Shown here piece after piece: positions 45,407 through 53,504 of a stretch of DNA of 54,236 nucleotides. Both the position numbers and the translations under genes were made by a program. The notes under the pieces are model-generated. The model made no database searches and was not told the DNA's origin. It saw nothing but the letters and a program-made list of their open reading frames with translations. This DNA comes from a virus (Duplodnaviria; Caudoviricetes), in the IMG/VR virus record IMGVR_UViG_3300019877_000084, positions 1-54,236 of that record; one strand, written 5' to 3'. Positions within the stretch are counted from its first letter, which is position 1; every line of letters starts with the position of its first letter.

Positions 45407-45525
45407 AGAACCTCCGCCGAATCTTCTCACCCAGGGATAAGCTAGGCTCAAAAATCCAACGAAGGTTCTACTAACAAAATTTCTTTTCTCTGCCTTATCC
45501 ACAGTGACCACGTATTGAAGTGGTC
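45407..45525 (-). ncRNA. structured cis-regulatory leader (19-bp stem plus pseudoknot)
   Basis: 45469-45451 pairs with 45425-45407 (5 G-U pairs); loop CUUAUCC (45441-35) complements upstream GGAUAAG (45500-494); 5' hairpin GACCAC/GUGGUC. Confidence 0.6.
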
Positions 45526-45585
45526 CTGCGAACTAAAGCAAAATAGTTTGAAGTTCCTAACTTTATTTATTCTCAGGCGCGAACT

Positions 45586-45852
45586 TCAAACCAGAACCGC
45601 GTAGAATGCTTCAATATTGCACGTAAAGGTTCGTTGCTTCTGTTCTCCACCAGTGGAGTAGCCATGACCATTTGCGGTAATTTTTATCATTGCGGTGTCT
45701 CCGTTTCCAAAATTCTCTTTTACAAGTGCTACCATGTGAGGTAATGCCGAATCATATTCGGCCTTGGATTGATCTGCTAACTTTGCACTGTTGGCCTCAA
45801 GGGCTTCAGCTACTTTTTCAGGTTTACCAATTAATGTAATTGACCAGCTCAT
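45586..45852 (-). CDS. hypothetical protein
   Basis: ORF with A-rich start; MSWS N-terminus. Confidence 0.65.
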   Translation of the reverse strand: MSWSITLIGKPEKVAEALEANSAKLADQSKAEYDSALPHMVALVKENFGNGDTAMIKITANGHGYSTGGEQKQRTFTCNIEAFYAVLV

Positions 45853-45864
45853 AATTTTGTTTGT

Positions 45865-46059
45865 TTAAGTTGTTAAGATTATTTTTTCTGCGTCTCGTTC
45901 TGATTGAATCGACTTTAAAATAAATTCTCGTCTAACTTCCTCCATGTGCTTATTGATTGCACGGATAGCAGTAAAATCATATGGCGTATTCATTACCCGC
46001 ACCTTGCCCTCGGCTTTTAGTTTTGCAATAATGTCGGATCTGTGGTCAATTACTGTCAT
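45865..46059 (-). CDS. hypothetical protein
   Basis: ATGA overlap with the portal stop. Confidence 0.55.
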   Translation of the reverse strand: MTVIDHRSDIIAKLKAEGKVRVMNTPYDFTAIRAINKHMEEVRREFILKSIQSERDAEKIILTT

Positions 46060-48476
46060 GCCACTACCGCTTCCTTTTTCTTTGCCTTTGCGGCTTCGGC
46101 TTGGATCTCTGCGACCTTTAGATCTACATGGCCTTTAAGCTCAGTATCAGTGAGTTTGGCAACTAATTCCTCCTGCTTTTCATCGAGTGACGCCTTAGCC
46201 TGGATACGTGCAATAATAACATCCCATGACGCTCCATGGTCTTTAATTTTGATTGCCATCTCGGCGTCAAAAGCTGCTTTTTCTTTATATGCCTCGACGT
46301 CCATCATCATTGATCGTTGTTTCTCTTGTTCAATAGCAAGAGCGGTTTGCTTGTTGCCTTCGGCTTGGGCATTCATAGATTCTATATTGCGTTGCTGTGC
46401 TTCGGCTTCGCGTTGCATTCTCTTTTGTGACAGAAGTTGATAAGCTCTGTAAATATTTTTTTCGTTCTCAATTATGAAAGCATCTTCTGGCAGGATACCA
46501 CTTGGATTCTCAGGCGTCCTCAGCGCCGATGCAATAAATCCTCTCAGAACTTGTCTTACTTCGTCTGAAATTCCAGCATCTACACTCAATGCAAAATCCA
46601 TGAGTGAAAAATTACGGTTATCCAACATGAAGTCGTGCGCATCTTTACCCAATGCGGTTTCTTTACCGGCACTACGTCCTCTGCCTTCGGCATCGGGGAC
46701 AAGCATGCACACTTTTTTAGCCGTGTTTTCGTACAGGTTTATGAAGGCGTGATAAAGGTCTCCAAGTGCGTTGTCGGTGTTAGAAATAGCGATTTCCGCT
46801 AGTTTTTTGCCCATTTCCGGGTCTGGATTACTGGCATCGGTGGCGTCATTCAGTCCTAAAATATTGCGCAACATCTCTATGTCGGAGATAATAAACTGAA
46901 GATATTTTTCAGCGGCATCACTAATGCCTCCACTTAATTCTTCAATGGGCTTGAATGGATATGGGCGACCGTGTTGATCTGTTCCGACGTAAATAAATGA
47001 TCCGGTTTCGGCATACATTTGCAAGATGTCATCAATCTCTAATTTACGAGTACCGACTTGCACCGCCGCAAGAGCACGGCGTTCAATTGCAATACCTCTG
47101 GGTTTCGCCTGAGACAATTGATGTTGAAAGTTCAACCAGTTTATTTGGATGTTATGTAGTAATGGTTCACACTGTCTCATGTAAGAGTCGAAACCAGTGG
47201 TGTACATCGTGGTACCTAGCTTACAGTCATTGATAGAATTAATAGCTCTGATCATATTGGACTGCCGGCCATAGTCATAAATGTAATCGGTCCCCACTAT
47301 CCAGTTGCCCTGGTAGACATTATTTACTGTGTCGCGAATAATCTCACGTTTCTCTCCACGTTCTTTATAGAAGCTGACGTACTCCTGATCGGTCAAACCT
47401 TTCTTGTCCAGCCAGTATGGATTGTCACGCTTTGAAAAGCTGGTGTTGCCGTCACTATTTTGTCCCATTACATAGGCGGCGTCATCAGCACTATACCATT
47501 CAGCCATGAGCACAGTGACTTTTTCGTGATCCCATTCATACCGTAGGTGATCAGACATATATTTCTGCGCATAAATAGCACTATAGGTTTTATGACTCGC
47601 CCTGGTGGCAATGTCAGCCAACTCTTTATCAGTGAATGTACCCTTTGGTACAGAGGCGCGAAGCTCTGACATCGTCATTTGGACGTATTCGCCTACACGA
47701 ATCAAGTCACTGAAATCATTGTGTATACAGGGGTTACATATAGTTTGTTCAGGTATGCGTTTATGTATGCGTATCCGGCCTAAATTGTCGATGTACGCCC
47801 TGGTAGAAGTCACACCTACGTCGATGAGGTCATCAAGTATTTCGTCCTCCATTTGTTTCCAGTCCGACTGTAAAAAACTCATGTCGATCTGATCGAGCAT
47901 GTACATGATGTATTTGTTTTTGGGATACATCTGCATGTACATCTGGATCTGATTGCTGTTCTCAGGCGCCGGTTCCCCTTTTTCAAAAGGTGATTTGGAT
48001 TTATACCCCGTAACACTTTCCTCCATCGCGGAATGGAATTCCCGGTTGATCAGGTGCTCCATGATTTGGGCATAACGTACTCCATCTTGTTCAATAGAAG
48101 TGGCATCAATAGCCGACAATATGATCTCTCTTGGAAGTTTTTTCAGGCGATTCTTGATTACTTTTTTGAAACGTGGAAATATTGGAAGGATTGACCAGTC
48201 TAGATTCTTCCAGCTTTGATCTCGCTTTCCATGACGTTTCTTCACGCCTAATTGATCCTTATATTGATCTATCGGCTGGTTGCCCGCAGCCAGGAGTCTC
48301 CAGTCCAGATATTGCTGGTAAGCCCAGCGCAATATCTGGCTGTTACCCGTAGTGAACTCACGGTCGAATGCCTTTATGTACTGAAGGCACCACTTCTTAT
48401 TTTTTTGAGTCGATGGAATTTGATGGGAAGGAAACCCATAATTCTGACCTGGCTCTGACTTAGGTGTTGTTCCCAT
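46056..48476 (-). CDS. portal protein (crAss-like)
   Basis: 806 aa directly after terminase; FPSH...K...W; NLDWSILPIFPRF; GLNDATDASNP; coiled-coil C-terminus. Confidence 0.8.
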   Translation of the reverse strand: MGTTPKSEPGQNYGFPSHQIPSTQKNKKWCLQYIKAFDREFTTGNSQILRWAYQQYLDWRLLAAGNQPIDQYKDQLGVKKRHGKRDQSWKNLDWSILPIFPRFKKVIKNRLKKLPREIILSAIDATSIEQDGVRYAQIMEHLINREFHSAMEESVTGYKSKSPFEKGEPAPENSNQIQMYMQMYPKNKYIMYMLDQIDMSFLQSDWKQMEDEILDDLIDVGVTSTRAYIDNLGRIRIHKRIPEQTICNPCIHNDFSDLIRVGEYVQMTMSELRASVPKGTFTDKELADIATRASHKTYSAIYAQKYMSDHLRYEWDHEKVTVLMAEWYSADDAAYVMGQNSDGNTSFSKRDNPYWLDKKGLTDQEYVSFYKERGEKREIIRDTVNNVYQGNWIVGTDYIYDYGRQSNMIRAINSINDCKLGTTMYTTGFDSYMRQCEPLLHNIQINWLNFQHQLSQAKPRGIAIERRALAAVQVGTRKLEIDDILQMYAETGSFIYVGTDQHGRPYPFKPIEELSGGISDAAEKYLQFIISDIEMLRNILGLNDATDASNPDPEMGKKLAEIAISNTDNALGDLYHAFINLYENTAKKVCMLVPDAEGRGRSAGKETALGKDAHDFMLDNRNFSLMDFALSVDAGISDEVRQVLRGFIASALRTPENPSGILPEDAFIIENEKNIYRAYQLLSQKRMQREAEAQQRNIESMNAQAEGNKQTALAIEQEKQRSMMMDVEAYKEKAAFDAEMAIKIKDHGASWDVIIARIQAKASLDEKQEELVAKLTDTELKGHVDLKVAEIQAEAAKAKKKEAVVA

Positions 48477-50761
48477 TACGCGCTTTGTTTACTTCTGACT
48501 CCGTCCTGATTATACATTGGAAATACTATTCCGATATCGGTGTTGTCTTCATCTGCTACAAATTCCTTCACGTTAGCCTCAGCGGCTAATATCGCAAAAT
48601 AGGCGGCTACAACAGCATCGAACTTTGTCCGGTCTTTGATACGGAAGGCAATCATTTGCTTGACAAGATTAGGAAATAGCAACCGGTGGCCATCATGCAG
48701 CACTATAGAGACTAAGCGTTGGATACCAGCACTCACGACATCGTCTACACTCGACAATGCCTTGTAGGCGTCACTCAATGTATCGCTTTGTTTAATGACG
48801 TTCTTATCGAAGTCGCCTTTAAATAAAATAAATTGTCCATAGCCTCGTCCTTCAAGGTACTGCCGTAAATTATTGACATTGTCTTCAGCATTTATCGAAC
48901 ATCCAAAGTACCGGATCGCCTTAATAATATCTTCCCCAAACATGGAGAATTCATCGGGACGATTGAAGTATTCCGCTATGAAATTAGCGCTCTTCCAATC
49001 CTTTCTGGCTTTGCCCATATCTAAATTAGGATCAAACATGCTCCAGATATAACATGCTGCTTTTGAGGCTCTTGGGTCATCGGTTTTAACCCATCTAATG
49101 GGGTCAGAGCCCGCTCGAAACAACTTATTATTCTTAGGAAAGAATATTTTTTTTGTTTCCCCGGTCGTGGGGTCTGAATAGTAATCAAATCCAACACGGT
49201 TCGCCTGACGGGTATCACTATCCAATGATGGTGCATCTACATCTAAGGCGCGACCCAGGCTCCATCTCCCCCCTTTGTCATTCCGAATGAATTCAACATC
49301 GCCATCTACTATACCGCCTACCCATTCAAAGTTTCCGTTAACAAAAGGATATCCACGACCAGACTCGAGAATTTCAAGACAATTGATAAGGATCTCGGTA
49401 TTAAACGGACTCTCACCGGTGGCCATCATCTTGGCTTCATCCCAACTCATGGGATACTTCCTGACCTCTTCGGTATAGAGTTGGAAAGATTTCAACTTCT
49501 TAGGCGCCCGCTCCTTCATGATGATACTCTTTGAGCCCTCAAATATCCGGATGCCCTTCTCGCTGATCACTACTTCATTCGGCGCTGGGTCATCAATTAC
49601 CGAGCGACCGTACTCGTCGAACAATATTCCTTCTGCCGCACTGATGAATAAACTGATTAGTCCACTAGTGGTTTTATGGTTCTCATTTATTTTCATCGAC
49701 GACGGCTTACCATGCTCGAACATCTCAATAAATTTTTCACCACCGCTATCCAGGTCTTCAATAGTCGTAGGCGCAAATATGAATCCTATTTTTTCAAATC
49801 CGTCCCGAGTAGAAGGAATGACTACCCGGAGGGTCTGATACACATCTACCTTTTCCCACTTACCAGGTTCTTCCATGGAATAGTTATGCAGCTTATATCC
49901 GTCATAAGATGTGGTCTTGGTTTCACGGTAGTCAATGATATTATTCAATGCTCCCGTGTCGTCGTCTTCATCGACATCCATGAGTTGAGTCTTGCCCTTG
50001 GCTACATATTTGACGAATCTTACCTCACTTTGTTGACTGGATCCGTAGTCAAAAGCGGCCGGTTTGAAGAACGGTGGCTGATTGCGCCATCCATATAGGA
50101 ACGATTCCCGGAACTTGTCTTCTGCATCCTGGCGGGTTTGCGCCTGAAGGCCGGCCCGGTGGTTGGGTTTGAAACTCTGGTCATACCAGAGATTGTGCAT
50201 AGAAATAGATGTTTTTCCGAAGCGTCGACATGTACTCAGGGCGACGCCATGCACGAGTTGGTGATCTTTGGCATACTGTATACACCAAAACACCTTCATA
50301 AGTACCATGCGTAGAAGAGGATATCCAAAGTCCTGTTTCCACCAGTTAAAGTAGTCGTATGCCTGGCCAGTGAGGTAGACGTATTCCGTGGGCTTTCCAT
50401 TCCGGTTTCCTATCGCTACCCAAACCCCGTTTACTTTTCTATTCCATTCCTGTAGGCGGAACTGGTCGGCAAGTATATTGGTGTAATGTTTGTTCTGGTA
50501 CTTTCCTTTTTTTTCGTCCACCATCCATTTTTTCCAATCCGGAGGCAATGGTGTGCGTTCCCATTTCTGGGCTTCAATTGGTAGGTGTTCGCCTAATATT
50601 TCACATTTAACGAGTTCATAGGTGGGTTTTCCTGTTTTTAGATCTGGAATTCGGTCTATAGTATAGCCAACCGGCGGTAGTTGTACCGTGATTACCTCAT
50701 CATCCCAGCAGATATCTACCGCGGTGCCTCCTGGGATTGGGTTGACAAGGCTATTTTTCAT
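48476..50761 (-). CDS. terL: terminase large subunit
   Basis: Walker A CRRFGKTS, SYDG.KL...MEEPGKW Walker B, nuclease AGSDP, EY..RP, INAEDN, KFDAVVA. Confidence 0.9.
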   Translation of the reverse strand: MKNSLVNPIPGGTAVDICWDDEVITVQLPPVGYTIDRIPDLKTGKPTYELVKCEILGEHLPIEAQKWERTPLPPDWKKWMVDEKKGKYQNKHYTNILADQFRLQEWNRKVNGVWVAIGNRNGKPTEYVYLTGQAYDYFNWWKQDFGYPLLRMVLMKVFWCIQYAKDHQLVHGVALSTCRRFGKTSISMHNLWYDQSFKPNHRAGLQAQTRQDAEDKFRESFLYGWRNQPPFFKPAAFDYGSSQQSEVRFVKYVAKGKTQLMDVDEDDDTGALNNIIDYRETKTTSYDGYKLHNYSMEEPGKWEKVDVYQTLRVVIPSTRDGFEKIGFIFAPTTIEDLDSGGEKFIEMFEHGKPSSMKINENHKTTSGLISLFISAAEGILFDEYGRSVIDDPAPNEVVISEKGIRIFEGSKSIIMKERAPKKLKSFQLYTEEVRKYPMSWDEAKMMATGESPFNTEILINCLEILESGRGYPFVNGNFEWVGGIVDGDVEFIRNDKGGRWSLGRALDVDAPSLDSDTRQANRVGFDYYSDPTTGETKKIFFPKNNKLFRAGSDPIRWVKTDDPRASKAACYIWSMFDPNLDMGKARKDWKSANFIAEYFNRPDEFSMFGEDIIKAIRYFGCSINAEDNVNNLRQYLEGRGYGQFILFKGDFDKNVIKQSDTLSDAYKALSSVDDVVSAGIQRLVSIVLHDGHRLLFPNLVKQMIAFRIKDRTKFDAVVAAYFAILAAEANVKEFVADEDNTDIGIVFPMYNQDGVRSKQSA

Positions 50762-51387
50762 TCGGCTGCCTCGATGACACCGGCAAAGTTCTCTGGACTA
50801 AGGAACCTGGAACGGATGGCCACGTCTTTTACATCTTCATTATCGCCAAATACCTCTTTTTCAATGGAATCAAGTTGTTTATGGATGTCCTGACATTGAA
50901 CTCTGAGCTTTGATTTCAGTTCTGCTGATTTGAAAACATCGATTTCTTCAATGTCTTCTTCCCCTCCTTTTTTGCTCTTAGCTGTGGTGATGGGGTCTAG
51001 TCTCAGGCGAGTGTATTCGTCGAGCTCCTGTGATAACGTCACCCATTCTCGGTACTTTCGGTTGTGAAATACTTGAGTAAGGAGAACAAATAAGAATTCC
51101 AGTGTGGTTTTATCCCTGAGTTCAAATATTTCAGTGAGGTAATCGCTTTCTTTTTCGAAACCAGCGAGTTCTGCCGCCCGAACCTTGCGCTTGTCTAATT
51201 CAGTAATCTCTTTTCGTAAATCGCTTTCGGGGTCGTACATAAACAACAAATACCGAAGGAGTAAATTTTTCTGAGGCGCCTTAGATTTGTCCAGTACTTT
51301 AAATCGACTTAGTTCCGGAAAGGCTTCCAGTACATCTTTATCAGGCGATAGGTTAAATACATTGAATTTCAGTTTCTGGAATCTCAT
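50758..51387 (-). CDS. hypothetical protein, candidate terminase small subunit
   Basis: immediately upstream of and overlapping terL; helical. Confidence 0.55.
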   Translation of the reverse strand: MRFQKLKFNVFNLSPDKDVLEAFPELSRFKVLDKSKAPQKNLLLRYLLFMYDPESDLRKEITELDKRKVRAAELAGFEKESDYLTEIFELRDKTTLEFLFVLLTQVFHNRKYREWVTLSQELDEYTRLRLDPITTAKSKKGGEEDIEEIDVFKSAELKSKLRVQCQDIHKQLDSIEKEVFGDNEDVKDVAIRSRFLSPENFAGVIEAAE

Positions 51388-51388
51388 T

Positions 51389-51643
51389 TTATTTTATGGC
51401 CACCAGCGAATGTGGTTTGATGATGAATAAAAACTGTCCATTGACCTCAATGCCGTTGTCCTGGTATTTGTAGAACAGGATGACGTCACCGACGTTGATC
51501 TTGCCTTCCGGACCCATTGCTATCACCACGCCTAAGAGAGATTCTTGGTTTTTACGCTGAAACACCGGTGGAACATACACTTTACCTTCTTCTGCCGGCA
51601 GCGGGTGGACGAAAATATTGTCCTCAGTGGCGATGATTTTCAT
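51389..51643 (-). CDS. GroES-like co-chaperonin (compact)
   Basis: DNIFVHP...VYVP...GVVIAMGP...INVGDVILF...IEVNGQFLFII...LVAI. Confidence 0.75.
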   Translation of the reverse strand: MKIIATEDNIFVHPLPAEEGKVYVPPVFQRKNQESLLGVVIAMGPEGKINVGDVILFYKYQDNGIEVNGQFLFIIKPHSLVAIK

Positions 51644-51654
51644 TTTATGTGTTA

Positions 51655-51730
51655 ATTATGGGAATTTAGTCCCAATTAATTATTATTTCCCCAAATTAGG
51701 AATTTTCCCAATATTTATTCTACTTTCATG
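51655..51730. promoter_or_regulatory. divergent promoter region with TGGGA/TCCCA inverted repeats
   Basis: TGGGAATTTAGTCCCA (51659-74) and TAGGAATTTTCCCAA (51697-711) between divergent genes. Confidence 0.5.
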
Positions 51731-51747
51731 GTCAAATTCCATTACCA

Positions 51748-51972
51748 ATGGCTACATACCGATATAAAAGTTCTGAACCAGGTCCAAAAAAGACACCATT
51801 GAAAGAACGGATTCAGTCCGCTTATCCAAAAACCACACTGGAATCCAGAATCATGACAAAGCCCGCTACTGAGGCGCCTAAGAAGAAACCAACCTGGAAA
51901 TCTTATGGTAGTGTTCCTGTAGGCGGTGCTGGTGGGAAAGCAAAACTTTTACAAGCAGGAGGAAAATTCTAA
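51748..51972 (+). CDS. small basic protein
   Basis: K-rich ORF; TAATG coupling to next gene. Confidence 0.55.
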   Translation: MATYRYKSSEPGPKKTPLKERIQSAYPKTTLESRIMTKPATEAPKKKPTWKSYGSVPVGGAGGKAKLLQAGGKF

Positions 51973-52214
51973 TGAAAGTAACCTACAAAGCCATGTCCAA
52001 GGGCAAGTTTGGGCCACAGAATCGAATCACTATTCAGCCTGTAGTGAAGACAAAAGCTATGGCAGGCGTTAAATTTCAGGAACAGGTGAGGGCTAAAACA
52101 GCGGCAGAAATAGTCCTGGCTCAAAAAGATAATACTGTCGGCTCAAAGCGATCAATTGCTATGTCAGGGGTAAAAACCAGCCCGTACAGATTTAAGAACG
52201 GGACAAAGTGTTGA
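51972..52214 (+). CDS. small basic protein
   Basis: K-rich ORF translationally coupled to the previous gene. Confidence 0.55.
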   Translation: MKVTYKAMSKGKFGPQNRITIQPVVKTKAMAGVKFQEQVRAKTAAEIVLAQKDNTVGSKRSIAMSGVKTSPYRFKNGTKC

Positions 52215-52334
52215 TTGCTTTCCTGAGGACTGGTTAAGTGAATGCCCTTTCTGGTGTCCATCCCTTGGTTATTCTACTGGATACAATCGTCTACTCATGA
52301 CGGGGTAAATTACCAATAATTCTTAACTTTACAT

Positions 52335-52405
52335 CGCAGGGTAGATTAATGGTAGATCATTGGGCCCATAACCCAACCGTGAGGGTTCAACTCCCTTCCC
52401 TGCTA
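52335..52405 (+). tRNA. initiator tRNA-fMet (CAT)
   Basis: cloverleaf: acceptor CGCAGGG/CCCTGCT with C1:U72 mismatch, A11:U24, anticodon stem TTGGG/CCCAA (3 G-C), loop CC-CAT-AA, T-loop TTCAACT; no encoded CCA; TAACTTTA promoter-like element at 52324. Confidence 0.85.
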
Positions 52406-52411
52406 CTAAAT

Positions 52412-52442
52412 AAAAAAAGCCGGTCAATCGATCGGCTTTTTA
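52412..52442. terminator. bidirectional rho-independent terminator
   Basis: AAAAAAAGCCG-GTCAATCGAT-CGGCTTTTT between the convergent tRNA and ORF 52462-52878. Confidence 0.8.
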
Positions 52443-52461
52443 CGTGGCAAAAAAATGCTTT

Positions 52462-52878
52462 TCAGGCTGTAGGTGTTGCCTCGATGTCGGTTTTAGCTGC
52501 GTCCAGAGCCGTGTTGGTCTGATCCAACGTGTCTGCAATTGGTTGCAGGGCCTCAGGCGTGATGGTTCCGCCCGCGTCAATGATTGCTTGAAGGTCCGCA
52601 ATCGTCTTTTCAAACGCTGCCACTGCTGTTCCAATAGCTGCCTGAACAGCATCAATGGAGGTTTGTAATGCGCTTGCTTTGGCTAATGAAGCATCAGCCT
52701 TGTCTTGAAGTTCTTTTAAGGTTGCCATAATGGTTTTTTGGTTTTGTTCGAGTTGATTTATTTTTTCAAGTTCTTTTTCGTGATGCTTAATCATTAATTC
52801 CTTCAGTTCATGGAAATGATGATCCTCATGCCGATGAGGTCTGCGCTTGGGCTTGCGCTTTGAAAGTTTCTTAGCCAT
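52462..52878 (-). CDS. coiled-coil protein (alternative internal start at 52728)
   Basis: basic His-rich leader then Ala-rich heptads; the second ATG has an A-rich initiation context. Confidence 0.65.
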   Translation of the reverse strand: MAKKLSKRKPKRRPHRHEDHHFHELKELMIKHHEKELEKINQLEQNQKTIMATLKELQDKADASLAKASALQTSIDAVQAAIGTAVAAFEKTIADLQAIIDAGGTITPEALQPIADTLDQTNTALDAAKTDIEATPTA

Positions 52879-52880
52879 TG

Positions 52881-53066
52881 TTAGCGCCTAATAGGAGCAT
52901 TGAAATTCATACCATCAAATGCTCCAATAAGAGAGAGCAAATATATGACAAGAAGAATTCCAACCACAACCCTCACCCAAGTTTGGTAAGGCTGAGGAAT
53001 CTGACCCGTCACCCAAAAGATGACAGCAACGATAATGATAAGAATTAAAACTCCAAGAAGTGTCAT
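52881..53066 (-). CDS. small 2-TM membrane protein (Thivi_2564-like)
   Basis: LILIIIVAVIFW...IPQPY...VVVGILLVIYLLSLIG. Confidence 0.65.
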   Translation of the reverse strand: MTLLGVLILIIIVAVIFWVTGQIPQPYQTWVRVVVGILLVIYLLSLIGAFDGMNFNAPIRR

Positions 53067-53077
53067 GGCCTATTGGT

Positions 53078-53260
53078 TTATTGATGATCTCTGTTTGCGG
53101 ACTCTTGACCTGGTTCCGGGGTTGGATCAGCAACTTCCTTAGGCGCTTCGGCCTCAGGTTCCGGGGTTACTATCTTCTTGGCTACTGGTCTCGCCTTAGA
53201 AATGGGCTTGGTGGCCTTTTTGATAGCCTTTTTAGGGGCTGACTTCTTTTTATGCTTCAT
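53078..53260 (-). CDS. small K/P-rich (histone H1-like) protein
   Basis: MKHKKKSAPKKAIKKATKP...PEPEAEAPKE. Confidence 0.55.
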   Translation of the reverse strand: MKHKKKSAPKKAIKKATKPISKARPVAKKIVTPEPEAEAPKEVADPTPEPGQESANRDHQ

Positions 53261-53339
53261 ACCGGGTATGCAACAATAATTATACCCCGCCAATTTATGA
53301 TATTTTCGAATATTTATGAAACCGGGTGGGAAAATTACT

Positions 53340-53471
53340 CTACGTACGGTAGACCGGAGGACCGTAAACCAGCAGTCTCAGGCGTTCAATGGTCATCGCC
53401 TGAGTAGGCTTGGGCTCAAAAGAATGGCTGATAGGTATGGATAAGAGCAATACAAAAATGATTTTTTTCAT
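53340..53471 (-). CDS. small protein with signal-peptide-like N-terminus (43 aa, not in ORF track)
   Basis: MKKIIFVLLLSIPISHSFEPKPTQAMTIERLRLLVYGPPVYRT; perfect TACCTTTG -7 element at 53478-53485. Confidence 0.45.
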   Translation of the reverse strand: MKKIIFVLLLSIPISHSFEPKPTQAMTIERLRLLVYGPPVYRT

Positions 53472-53504
53472 ATATTACAAAGGTAATGGTTTTAGACGAA
53501 AGGG

